Positions 34,408-43,160 of a stretch of 53,798 bases of DNA are shown in pieces (the first letter of the stretch is position 1; each line of letters begins with the position of its first letter). Both the position numbers and the translations under genes were made by a program. This DNA is from an uncultured Roseivirgaceae bacterium (lineage in GTDB: Bacteria > Bacteroidota > Bacteroidia > Cytophagales > Cyclobacteriaceae). Under the pieces are notes generated by a model, which was given only the letters and a program-made list of their open reading frames with translations, was not told the DNA's origin and made no database searches. The DNA is taken from NCBI GenBank assembly GCA_964437135.1, contig CAYTFO010000001.1, positions 1 to 53,798 of the forward strand, given 5' to 3'.

Positions 34408-34962
34408 ATGTTAAAGGACTCATTTGAAACTCAGTTTGAAGTAGAGCTTGACAAAGACTATATTTTCATAAAAAGAAAAAAACGTGCAAATATGGTTTTG
34501 GTCATTCTTTTGGGTTTTTTAATAGTTCTATTTACATATTTTGGAATCAAACTGTCAGCTTTTCTGGGGTCTTCGAACTTCTTTTTTTTTCTGGTTCTGG
34601 ATTTGATTTTAGCAGCTATCATCTGGGTCAATGTTAAAAACCACATTTATCCAATAACTGAGGTTGATTTAAAAACGAGAAAGGTTACAAAAAGACCGAT
34701 CTTTAACTTTTTAAAAGAAAAACATTTTGAACTGGGAACAATAAAAGGAATTGATTTCCTGGTAAAGCCAATCAGTGGACATACTTCAGCTTTTGAGGAA
34801 GGAAATACGGATTATCGAAAGAGGATTGTATTAAAAACTCAAAATGGAGAGTTCACTTTGTTTTCCTTCATCAACAGGTCGGAGGATCTGGAAGACACTG
34901 CCAAATCGATGATGGAAAAAATTAATTATCTTCTGAAAACCACATCTCACCAATTAAGTTAA
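34408..34962 (+). CDS. Hypothetical 2-TM membrane protein
   Basis: 184 aa with two adjacent TM helices and then a soluble domain. No family recognised. Its 3' end overlaps the convergent IMPase gene by 41 nt. Confidence 0.4.
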   Translation: MLKDSFETQFEVELDKDYIFIKRKKRANMVLVILLGFLIVLFTYFGIKLSAFLGSSNFFFFLVLDLILAAIIWVNVKNHIYPITEVDLKTRKVTKRPIFNFLKEKHFELGTIKGIDFLVKPISGHTSAFEEGNTDYRKRIVLKTQNGEFTLFSFINRSEDLEDTAKSMMEKINYLLKTTSHQLS

Positions 34963-35716
34963 GAATCTCAGGGTAAAGACCTCCTGCACCTAAAATTTGC
35001 TTGCCAAAAAGGTAGTCATTTTGTCCTCTGAAATCAGACACCTTTCCTCCTGCTTCCTTTATGAGAATGATACCTGCAGCTACATCCCATGGTTTTAGAT
35101 TATACTCAAAGAAAGCATCATATCTTCCACAGGCGACATAAGCAAGATCAGTAGCAGCACTTCCCACTCTTCTCAAACCATGACTATTTCGGATCAGCTT
35201 TTCCACTAATTTCAGATAAGGGTCAATCATACTGAAGTTTTGTACCGGGAATCCTGTAGAAACCAGACTATCAGTAAGTGATGTGGTTGCTGATACTTTT
35301 ATCGGCTTTTGATTAAGGAAAGAGCCTCCATTCTGCCAGGCATAGAACATCTCTTTGTGATTTATTTCATATACGAGACCTGCTGTGATTTGATCTTCCT
35401 CTAGCAAACCAATACTTATTGCATAAGTAGGAACCCCATGAATGAAATTGGTGGTACCATCCAATGGATCGATTACCCAACGAATATCAGCATCAATTTC
35501 TGTACCTTCTTCAGCCAGTATTCCTGATCCCGGAAGCAGCTTGGTGAGTTTATCAACGAGCATTTCCTCACTTTTTTTGTCAACATATGATACCAAATCA
35601 TTGGTGCCTTTTATTTCCGCATCATTTTGATTGAAGTTGCGGGCTTCTGTTCGAATAAACTCTCCAACCTCTTCTGCAATTTTTATGGCTCCTTTGGTTA
35701 GCTGTTCAAGATTCAT
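34922..35716 (-). CDS. suhB: Inositol monophosphatase family protein (SuhB-like)
   Basis: 264 aa with the blocks WVIDPLDGTTNF and WDVAAG, and the metal-binding motif EE...D. Confidence 0.85.
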   Translation of the reverse strand: MNLEQLTKGAIKIAEEVGEFIRTEARNFNQNDAEIKGTNDLVSYVDKKSEEMLVDKLTKLLPGSGILAEEGTEIDADIRWVIDPLDGTTNFIHGVPTYAISIGLLEEDQITAGLVYEINHKEMFYAWQNGGSFLNQKPIKVSATTSLTDSLVSTGFPVQNFSMIDPYLKLVEKLIRNSHGLRRVGSAATDLAYVACGRYDAFFEYNLKPWDVAAGIILIKEAGGKVSDFRGQNDYLFGKQILGAGGLYPEILNLIGEMWFSEDN

Positions 35717-36389
35717 TTCCCTGTATTACAATTACAAATTCTCCTTTTGGTTGTTTTTCCATGAAATGTTGTAGAATCTCTGAAGAAGTACCCGTTACAG
35801 TCTCTTCAAATTTCTTAGTAATTTCTCGCGAGACGGATATATTTCTTTCAGGGGAGAAAAAACTGCCAAACATTTCTAATGTCTTTAGTAGTCTGTGAGG
35901 ACTTTCGTAAACTATTACTGTTCTTCTTTCCTCTGCGATTTCTTTTATTTTGGTTTGTTTACCCTTTTTGTGTGGTAAAAAGCCCTCAAACACAAAAGTA
36001 TCACACGGAAAACCTGACTTAATCAAAGCAGGTATGAAAGCAGTAGCTCCGGGCAAAGATTCAATTTTCAGATCATTTCTTAGAGCTTCTCGCGCGAGCA
36101 GAAAACCCGGATCAGATATTCCTGGTGTTCCAGCATCAGAAATCAAAGCATATATCTTACCACTTTTTAATTCCTCAATAACCTGTTGGGTCTTTTTATG
36201 TTCATTATGTGCATGAAAAGACCTCATAGGAGTAGTGATATTATAATGCTTAAGAAGGACACCCGATGTTCGGGTATCTTCAGCCAAAATGAGATCAACA
36301 TTATTCAATACCTCAACGGCTCTATAGGTCATATCTGCTAAGTTGCCGATAGGAGTAGGTACCAGATATAATGAAGTTGAATCACTCAT
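35706..36389 (-). CDS. rsmI: 16S rRNA (cytidine1402-2'-O)-methyltransferase
   Basis: 227 aa with the blocks LYLVPTPIGNL.D...RA...L, ILAEDTR, SDAGTPGISDPG and LPGA.A. Confidence 0.9.
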   Translation of the reverse strand: MSDSTSLYLVPTPIGNLADMTYRAVEVLNNVDLILAEDTRTSGVLLKHYNITTPMRSFHAHNEHKKTQQVIEELKSGKIYALISDAGTPGISDPGFLLAREALRNDLKIESLPGATAFIPALIKSGFPCDTFVFEGFLPHKKGKQTKIKEIAEERRTVIVYESPHRLLKTLEMFGSFFSPERNISVSREITKKFEETVTGTSSEILQHFMEKQPKGEFVIVIQGNES

Positions 36390-36428
36390 TCCTCAAATCT
36401 ACTCGAAACATTTAAGTAACGAAATAAC

Positions 36429-36878
36429 TCAATCAATCTTAGCAATTTGTCTTCTGAAGTCAACTAATTCTTCATGCAAGACATATTTTGGAGAAATTGA
36501 GTCCTGCTCTACCTCGTATGTAATTAGAAACCCATTTTCAAGCCACATCATTCTGTAACGATCATAATCAGGGTTAATACTGTAAATTCCATTTTCTCTA
36601 CTTAAGATTTCCAGATTATCTGTACTATCAACTCTAAATGCTGAAAAATTGAAACTACCATACCGTTGAATCAATTCTGAAGTGATATCTTTTTGAATAG
36701 TATACTTTTTCTTATACAGCTTTTCATCAACAAAATATAACATTAGCTGATTTACAGAACTGCTTCCCAGGTATATATAAGGATCATCAATAATATAGTA
36801 CTCGGATCTGCCATCGTAAAATTCCCCCAACAGGTCCTGTTCTCGTTTTTCTACTGACTTAAAATTCCCCAACTCCAA
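36429..36878 (-). CDS. Hypothetical protein, the body of an apparently interrupted lipoprotein gene
   Basis: 149-aa frame starting at a TTG. It has no signal peptide of its own. It is in the same frame as the lipoprotein-signal mini-ORF at 36897..37034. Confidence 0.45.
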   Translation of the reverse strand: MELGNFKSVEKREQDLLGEFYDGRSEYYIIDDPYIYLGSSSVNQLMLYFVDEKLYKKKYTIQKDITSELIQRYGSFNFSAFRVDSTDNLEILSRENGIYSINPDYDRYRMMWLENGFLITYEVEQDSISPKYVLHEELVDFRRQIAKID

Positions 36879-37034
36879 AGACTGAAAAAGCAGTTTTTAC
36901 ATTTCAGTTGGAATTTTTTGAATCTCTGTGGTTGAAGATGCTGCTTCATTCTGAGTCAGTTCTTCAATTTTTCGATCTCTTGAATTTGAGCAAGCTATAG
37001 ACAGAATACAAATCAGTAATCCTACCCGAGTCAT
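36429..37034 (-). pseudogene. Lipoprotein gene interrupted by an in-frame TAA (36897..36899)
   Basis: The minus-strand translation from ATG 37034 is [45 protein letters not shown]-stop-KLLFQSLELGNFKSVEK... A lipobox (LSIAC) lies in the 45-aa fragment, and the same reading frame continues into ORF 36429..36878. Confidence 0.4.
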
Positions 37035-37258
37035 AATTTATCAATAGCAGCAACCAGCTTACGGTCCTTATCAGTTATTGTATTTCCGGCATCATGTGTA
37101 GTGAGCTCTATAGTTACTTTGTTGTAAACATTACTCCAATTGGGGTGGTGATCCATTTTTTCAGCAATCATTGCTACCTTAGTCATGAAACCCCATGCCT
37201 CTACGAAATTTTCAAATTCAAAAGTTCTTTTCAGTTTATTATCAGATTCTTCCCACAT
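37031..37258 (-). CDS. phhB: 4a-hydroxytetrahydrobiopterin (pterin-4-alpha-carbinolamine) dehydratase
   Basis: 75 aa. The blocks [25 protein letters not shown]...L.THD are the PCD signature. Confidence 0.85.
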   Translation of the reverse strand: MWEESDNKLKRTFEFENFVEAWGFMTKVAMIAEKMDHHPNWSNVYNKVTIELTTHDAGNTITDKDRKLVAAIDKL

Positions 37259-37268
37259 ATTTTTTTAT

Positions 37269-37529
37269 TTATAATGCCATTATCCCTTCAATCTTATGAG
37301 CGGTTTTGTAGACATCCACAACATCATCGCTGCTTTTCATGAAGGATTTTATCGTTACACTTACGTATTTATTATTCGAGCTTTCTTTAAAACTTATTTC
37401 TCCCTCCGGTACGAGGTCCATTACCTCTTTACGCTTTTCAGAGGGTACGATAAACTTAAACACATACATACCCGGAAAGGTATGCTCAGCTTCCAGTTTC
37501 GATTTAAATGATTCAATATTCCAACTCAT
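37269..37529 (-). CDS. DUF493 (YbeD-like) small protein
   Basis: 86 aa. FPGMYVFKFIV and a C-terminal ...VYK....I.G pattern are typical of DUF493. Confidence 0.65.
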   Translation of the reverse strand: MSWNIESFKSKLEAEHTFPGMYVFKFIVPSEKRKEVMDLVPEGEISFKESSNNKYVSVTIKSFMKSSDDVVDVYKTAHKIEGIMAL

Positions 37530-37545
37530 GACTAAACCTTAATAT

Positions 37546-37572
37546 ACAAAAAAAGTCCGCTTTTGGCGGACT
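37546..37572 (-). terminator. Rho-independent terminator downstream of the ppiD-like gene
   Basis: The minus strand reads AGTCCGC-caaaa-GCGGACT followed by TTTTTTT. It lies 24 nt after the ppiD-like stop and 16 nt before the DUF493 start. Confidence 0.8.
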
Positions 37573-37595
37573 TTAGTTTATCTGGATAAATTATT

Positions 37596-39707
37596 TTAAA
37601 AGAATTTATATCTGTTATCTTCTATTTCCGCGTTTTCTGTCAAAGCATTGTAGATGTTTTGGAATGTAAACGGATTAGTATTTCTTCTGAAAGAACGCTG
37701 ATTATTGAGTACAATTGATCGGTATGCCTCATAACTTTCCACATCTGAAGGAACTTCTTTAGAGGTCAACGTAAATTCGATAATTCCATTTGGCATTTCA
37801 AAAGGAAGCGTAGATTCACCCTGCTCTAATGAAAATGCAACCCCAACCGCTTCAGGAGCAAAACCAAGATCTCCAAATGAATTGCTACTTAAATCAAGCT
37901 CCGTTGATCCATTTCGAGCTCCCAGGCCGTAAGCCATTGCTTTTTCTGAATAAGTACCACTCAATCCGGATATTTTTTCTTTTATGTATTCAGCTTTTTT
38001 CTGATCAATAACCTTTCTGGTGATTTCATTTCTGACATCATTAAGCTCAGCTGTTCCCTCTTCCTGGTAACCAGTTTGAACAGCCACAACATATTTATCA
38101 TCCAACTCGAAAACATCTGAAACATCTCCATCGTCATTTGCTTTGTTGAATGACCAAAATACAATGTTTCTTGCATCAGGAAGATTCGCAACTCTCTTCG
38201 AGTTTTTGTTGACATTAGAAGCTTTTCTTACTTCCAAACCTCTTGCCTGAGCTTCCTGTATGAAGCTTTCAACTGAGTTGGCAGCCACAGCGAACTGATC
38301 CGCCTGTCTGTAAATTTCATTTAATGTAAGATCAGATGCGTAAATTTCTCTTTCAATTGTTGCAACTTTATAGATGATATTAGTTTTTGGTTCAGTGATT
38401 TTAATGATATGGTACCCAAATTGAGTTTCCACAACATTTGGAAGTAATCCTGTACCTGAGAATCCAAATGCAGCGTCTTTAAATTCCTGAACGAAGTTTG
38501 AGTTTTCTCCAAACCAGCCTAAATCTCCACCTCTTGAAGCAGTTCCATCAGTACCATATGTACTTGCCATGCTTTCAAAGTCTGCACCTCCTTTAAGTTC
38601 GTTGAGTACTCTTCTGGCTTCTGACTCAGCATCTTCATCATCAATAGAAAATAAGATATGACTTGCTTTCAAAAAGTATTCGTCACCTTCACCTGATTCA
38701 GATAATTTATGAATAGTCATAAACCCACCTCTTACGAAAGGATCTGTAACAGTTCCTTCTTCAACTAATATTCCATCTACTTTTAGCTGCTCAGGTACCT
38801 CACCAAGATTTGTGTAAGTAGAGTAAGGCATAAATCCTTCAGAATTGATATTTGCAAAAACAGAATCATTCTGAGCGTTCATTAAACCTTCCTTCAGCGA
38901 TTCCATTTCACGCATGATATCCAGCGTATCAACAGCAGAAGGTACGATGTCATAAGAGACGAAACTTAAATCCTTTGTTTCATCTCGTTGGTATTGCTCA
39001 CTGTTTTCATTCAAATAACTTCTAAGCTCGTTATCGGTAACATCAAACATTGTGTCAGAGACAGATGTAAACGGTACATAAAAGAATTCAACATTAGCTG
39101 TAGCTGAACTTTTGTACTGAGCTTTTGCTTCGAATTTGTTTGCAAACTTAGTCTTCTCTAATAGGTTTTCATATTTAGTCAATTGCCGCGTTGGGCCTAA
39201 TGTTGACTCAAAAGCAATCCATGACTGTCTTTGTTGAGGAGTTGCCTGGCTTAAATTCCTAAGGAAATTAATAACATTATTTTTATCAAATTGACCCGTA
39301 TTGGGATCAGTAAAATACTGTCTAATCTGAGGGTTTATATTATTTCCCTGTACCATGTCAATGATCTCAGCATTCGTTACATCGATACCTGCTTTCTCGA
39401 ATTGAGGCTGAAACACATTATCAACTATGAGTTCCTGCCAAGCTTGTTGTCTGATTTGTTCCAGTTCAGTAGAAGAAGGATTTCGACCTGTATTTAAAGA
39501 ATAATTGTAGGAAATTAAATCTACTCTTTCAGTAAAGTCCTGGTAATCAATTGTGGTACCGTTTATCTCGCCTATCTCATTATTTTGACCAAATAAAGCT
39601 GAATTTCCCTGAATAAGATCAGTACCAATAAAGGCAACCATCGAGAATGCAACAAGCACTACAACGATTTTGCCCATTTTTTGTCTAAGTGTATTTATCA
39701 AAGCCAT
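37596..39707 (-). CDS. ppiD: Periplasmic chaperone / peptidyl-prolyl isomerase, PpiD-like
   Basis: 703 aa with an N-terminal membrane anchor (IVVVLVAFSMVAFIG). It has a SurA-N-like region and a parvulin block (ASHILF...GGDLGWF....FV.EF..A.F....G......T.FGYHIIK). Confidence 0.85.
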   Translation of the reverse strand: MALINTLRQKMGKIVVVLVAFSMVAFIGTDLIQGNSALFGQNNEIGEINGTTIDYQDFTERVDLISYNYSLNTGRNPSSTELEQIRQQAWQELIVDNVFQPQFEKAGIDVTNAEIIDMVQGNNINPQIRQYFTDPNTGQFDKNNVINFLRNLSQATPQQRQSWIAFESTLGPTRQLTKYENLLEKTKFANKFEAKAQYKSSATANVEFFYVPFTSVSDTMFDVTDNELRSYLNENSEQYQRDETKDLSFVSYDIVPSAVDTLDIMREMESLKEGLMNAQNDSVFANINSEGFMPYSTYTNLGEVPEQLKVDGILVEEGTVTDPFVRGGFMTIHKLSESGEGDEYFLKASHILFSIDDEDAESEARRVLNELKGGADFESMASTYGTDGTASRGGDLGWFGENSNFVQEFKDAAFGFSGTGLLPNVVETQFGYHIIKITEPKTNIIYKVATIEREIYASDLTLNEIYRQADQFAVAANSVESFIQEAQARGLEVRKASNVNKNSKRVANLPDARNIVFWSFNKANDDGDVSDVFELDDKYVVAVQTGYQEEGTAELNDVRNEITRKVIDQKKAEYIKEKISGLSGTYSEKAMAYGLGARNGSTELDLSSNSFGDLGFAPEAVGVAFSLEQGESTLPFEMPNGIIEFTLTSKEVPSDVESYEAYRSIVLNNQRSFRRNTNPFTFQNIYNALTENAEIEDNRYKFF

Positions 39708-39785
39708 AATTCCAACATGGATTTTATTAAGGACGGCAAAAATACATACTTGATTGGAATATAAAAACGTTTCTAAGCCTTTGAT

Positions 39786-41054
39786 TTACAAGGAGTCCTC
39801 ATTATCCAGAATTGATAGCTGAACTTTATCGATTCTATTCTCTTCTTTGCTTATGATTTGGATGAGAAATTGGTCAATCTGAATCTGTTCATTGATCTCT
39901 GGAATATTCTCGTTTTCGGATAAAATCCAGCCACCCAAAGTGTCATAATCACCTTCCGGAATCTTCCAGTTATACTTTTCATTGAGGTAATCAATTTCAT
40001 GCCGGGCACTTAAAATGTATGAATTATCATTTAATTCTTCCTCAAGTAAAGATTCATCATCATGTTCGTCCCTGATCTCACCGAAGATTTCTTCAATAAC
40101 ATCTTCCATACTTACTATTCCAGAAGTGCCTCCAAATTCATCTACTACCAATGCAAGACTTTTTCTTTCATTAATAAATTGAATCAGAATTTCATTAGCG
40201 GGCATTGTTTCCGGAACAATTGGAATTTTTGTAAGTATTTTTTTTATGTTTTCCGGTTTTTTAAATAATTCGAGTGAGTGGCAATAACCGATCACATCAT
40301 CGATATTTTCTTTGTACACTACAATTTTTGAATGACCTGAACTTACAAATGCTTCTTTTAGCGAATCTATAGGGTCATCAACATCTACAGCAATAATTTC
40401 TGTACGCGGGATCATACACTCCCGAACTTTTACCTGCTTAAATTCAATAGCATTGTTAAATATTTTGGCGTCAATTTCAGTCTCCTCTTCTTTGGTAGGG
40501 GTTGCTGTTTTATTTATATAATTGGAAAGGTCTGTAAGACCATAAACAGGGGCTGTTGGTGTTTCATCTACTTTCAGGAGGAACATGATGCCCTGTACCA
40601 GACTTACAATCGGATAGAGAATTATGTAAATAATAAACATTGGTACTGCCAACAATGCAAGCAGGAAGTCTGGGTTGAGTAAAAACAAACTTTTAGGTAT
40701 GAACTCAGCAGTTATCAAAACTATAATCGTTGAGATCAATGTTTGAAAAATCAGGATAAAAATTCCGTCATTGAGATATGCAGGAAGGACTCTAATTAGC
40801 CAGGGTTCGAGCATTAAAGCCATGAAAATACCATATATTACCAAAGCGAGGTTATTTCCCACAAGCGTTGTAGAGATAAACCTGCCTTTGTGCATTTTAA
40901 AAAAAGAAAGAATTCTTCCGGAAATAGTACCTTTTTGAGAAAGAAGTTCTACATATAGTTTATCTGCAGAAATAAAAGCGATTTCCATACCTGAAAAAAA
41001 TGCAGAGAATAGGAGGCATAGTAGAATTATGATGATATATGTAGTTTCAATCAT
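39786..41054 (-). CDS. CNNM/CorC-HlyC family membrane protein (DUF21 + CBS pair + CorC_HlyC), annotated elsewhere as hemolysin family
   Basis: 422 aa with a four-TM DUF21 N-half. It carries CBS-pair sequence (V.V.ECMIPRTEI..V, HSKI.VY...IDDV.G) and a C-terminal transporter-associated domain. Confidence 0.8.
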   Translation of the reverse strand: MIETTYIIIILLCLLFSAFFSGMEIAFISADKLYVELLSQKGTISGRILSFFKMHKGRFISTTLVGNNLALVIYGIFMALMLEPWLIRVLPAYLNDGIFILIFQTLISTIIVLITAEFIPKSLFLLNPDFLLALLAVPMFIIYIILYPIVSLVQGIMFLLKVDETPTAPVYGLTDLSNYINKTATPTKEEETEIDAKIFNNAIEFKQVKVRECMIPRTEIIAVDVDDPIDSLKEAFVSSGHSKIVVYKENIDDVIGYCHSLELFKKPENIKKILTKIPIVPETMPANEILIQFINERKSLALVVDEFGGTSGIVSMEDVIEEIFGEIRDEHDDESLLEEELNDNSYILSARHEIDYLNEKYNWKIPEGDYDTLGGWILSENENIPEINEQIQIDQFLIQIISKEENRIDKVQLSILDNEDSL

Positions 41055-41275
41055 TTCGCCCTTTTCTTGTTTTTACCTTTTCTATTCTTTTGAGAACTGT
41101 TACTTTCATTTTTTTTCGCTCTCTGACTTTTTCGATAGCCATATAAAAATAACAATGTTAGACTGATCATAAAAATCCAATATGAATCAGTGATGGATAA
41201 TACCATTGATTGATGTATCCCTATCACAAAAAGGCCAACTGCAAGGAAGAAATATATAGAATCCGGACCTTTCAA
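41051..41275 (-). CDS. Small 2-TM membrane protein with a Lys-rich tail
   Basis: 74 aa. It has 4-nt overlaps with both the lptC-like and CNNM genes, suggesting translational coupling. Confidence 0.45.
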   Translation of the reverse strand: MKGPDSIYFFLAVGLFVIGIHQSMVLSITDSYWIFMISLTLLFLYGYRKSQRAKKNESNSSQKNRKGKNKKRAK

Positions 41276-41835
41276 AACTCTTCTTCGATTTGTAATGTAC
41301 CCGATGGTTTCAATATTTGATATGAAGTGAAGTCCTGATTTGCAGTCAGACCCTCACCCGTATGAACTTCCCCATCTGAAATAATAGTTACAAACTTTTC
41401 AGTATAGAAAGATTCATTATCCGGATCCCAGAAAAGTTGTTCGGTATTGAGCTCGTCTCCGTTCTGAAGATTTTTCACAATTACATTTCCTTCCCCCATA
41501 TATAAATTATCCTCAGCTATTTTTATAGCATAATTTGACCTAAATGTACTTGAAGGCAGCCCGGAATCATCAAAATATTCTAAAAATAAACCAGAAGGCC
41601 ATTCTCTATCTCCATTCTCAAAGTCCTGTTGTTTCGGCGCTGATAGTCGAAGCACTATTTTGCCAGAATCTGTCATCATAGTTTTAACACTATCCATCTC
41701 AGTAATGGGGCCTTCATAGATCTCAGCTTTAAGCAGGTCTTTTCTTTCTTCACAAGACCAGCTCAGGAAAAATAATCCGATTACAATCAAAAAACGGCCA
41801 CAAAAATTTGGGGCCGTTTTAAAAATCAGTTTCAT
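41272..41835 (-). CDS. lptC: LptC-like periplasmic LPS-export protein
   Basis: 187 aa with an N-terminal anchor or lipobox (LFFLSWSC). It has a beta-jellyroll-like sequence, and its position in the TPR/LptC/CNNM/PpiD cluster is conserved in Bacteroidota. Confidence 0.6.
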   Translation of the reverse strand: MKLIFKTAPNFCGRFLIVIGLFFLSWSCEERKDLLKAEIYEGPITEMDSVKTMMTDSGKIVLRLSAPKQQDFENGDREWPSGLFLEYFDDSGLPSSTFRSNYAIKIAEDNLYMGEGNVIVKNLQNGDELNTEQLFWDPDNESFYTEKFVTIISDGEVHTGEGLTANQDFTSYQILKPSGTLQIEEEF

Positions 41836-41839
41836 CCTA

Positions 41840-43153
41840 TTAGTTTGAAGGCCTTCTTTCTAAAACAACAGATTCATTTATCCAGCAACCTACCTGAATA
41901 GTCTGTCCTTCTTCATAACCATCATTGAATATATCTTCGATGGAAGGGAATAATGCTTTCGCTTTGCTCATTCCGGCAGAATCTCCTGCTCTTTTATATT
42001 GATTATATGCAGCAATGAAAATAGCATAATCTTCTGTTTTCTTTTCACCTCCCTTGCAATCTTCAAAACTTGACATGTACATATCACCAACAAGCGAATA
42101 AGCTTCACTCAATGAAGGGTCAAATGCCAATGCTTTTCTGGAGTTTGATCTTGCTTCAACCTTGTTTCCATTAGAATAATGAAGTTTAGCAATGTTTAGG
42201 TAAACTTCTGCTTTTTTAGTGTTCTCGTCAGTAAGATCGATAGCTTCCTGATAATATTCAGAAGCCTGAGCAATATTTCCGTCCTGTGCCGCCCTAATTC
42301 CTAAAAACTTTGCAATACCGAAAGAAGGCTCTTTTTCATTTACAATTTGAGCTGCTTCAAAGGCAAGAGGTCTGTCTGTACACTTTCCAGTAAGCATCAG
42401 CTGGAATATCTTTTTAGCCATTTTTATGTCATCAGGAGTAAGTTTAGGTCCCAGCTTGTCCTCAACCATATCACAGTCAAGGTCTACAGCGCTTGTCAGC
42501 ATTTTATCAACTGTATCAGTAATTTTTTCCAGTCTGCTCACATTTTTACCAGCAGCTTTTTTAGCGTCAATTACATCTGTAATCTGAGTATAAATGTCAA
42601 TAACTTCTTCATCACTAATAGCTCCGCCAGTAACTTTATATCTCCTTACGACATCCATGTAGGCAACGAGGTTATTGTCATAGAAGTTTTCACCATTTAG
42701 CTTGAATGCTTTTTGATACATTTCGTAAAGCTCCTGGTATTTTGATTTATCGTTTTTGTAAAATTTATAGGCAGGAAAAACCTTTCTGTTAAGCACATAG
42801 TCTTCTTTACCAAAATACTTTATCCTCAAATCATACATTTCCAGAGCTTTTGCCTGGTACTCTTTTTTCTTTGCTTCATCTGTTTCAACTTCAGCAAGCT
42901 CTTCGTAAATGGTTGCCCCATTTATATAGATAGATGCATTCAGGTCAGGAGTATTCTCCAATAACCAGCTATGTGGTGGGATAGCTTCCTTATACTTTCC
43001 AAGCTTTACGAAGTCAGTATAAAGTGCATTTTTTTCTTTAGCTATATCCACCTGTTCTCCCCAGTTCCATCCGGGTTGTGCTGAGGCAGCTCCAACTATT
43101 ATAAAAATAAATAATAGCGGTAATGATATTTTTCTAGCTAATGTCTTCATCAT
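41840..43153 (-). CDS. Secreted TPR-repeat protein
   Basis: 437 aa with a signal peptide (LLFIFIIVGAASAQ). Several TPR-like A..Y...A/G..Y helices occur in the C-half. Confidence 0.6.
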   Translation of the reverse strand: MMKTLARKISLPLLFIFIIVGAASAQPGWNWGEQVDIAKEKNALYTDFVKLGKYKEAIPPHSWLLENTPDLNASIYINGATIYEELAEVETDEAKKKEYQAKALEMYDLRIKYFGKEDYVLNRKVFPAYKFYKNDKSKYQELYEMYQKAFKLNGENFYDNNLVAYMDVVRRYKVTGGAISDEEVIDIYTQITDVIDAKKAAGKNVSRLEKITDTVDKMLTSAVDLDCDMVEDKLGPKLTPDDIKMAKKIFQLMLTGKCTDRPLAFEAAQIVNEKEPSFGIAKFLGIRAAQDGNIAQASEYYQEAIDLTDENTKKAEVYLNIAKLHYSNGNKVEARSNSRKALAFDPSLSEAYSLVGDMYMSSFEDCKGGEKKTEDYAIFIAAYNQYKRAGDSAGMSKAKALFPSIEDIFNDGYEEGQTIQVGCWINESVVLERRPSN

Positions 43154-43160
43154 TTATATT

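Noticed and set aside
34922-34962. 41-nt convergent 3' overlap between the 184-aa membrane protein gene and the IMPase-family gene
   Set aside because: Both C-termini look plausible and the overlap is small. It is probably just compact packing or a slightly over-extended hypothetical ORF, not a distinct feature.
39786-41054. Calling the CNNM/CBS/CorC protein GldE (gliding motility)
   Set aside because: GldE is a member of this family, but no gldD-like gene is adjacent. The context (lptC-like upstream, ppiD-like downstream) fits the generic hemolysin/CorC-family paralog instead.
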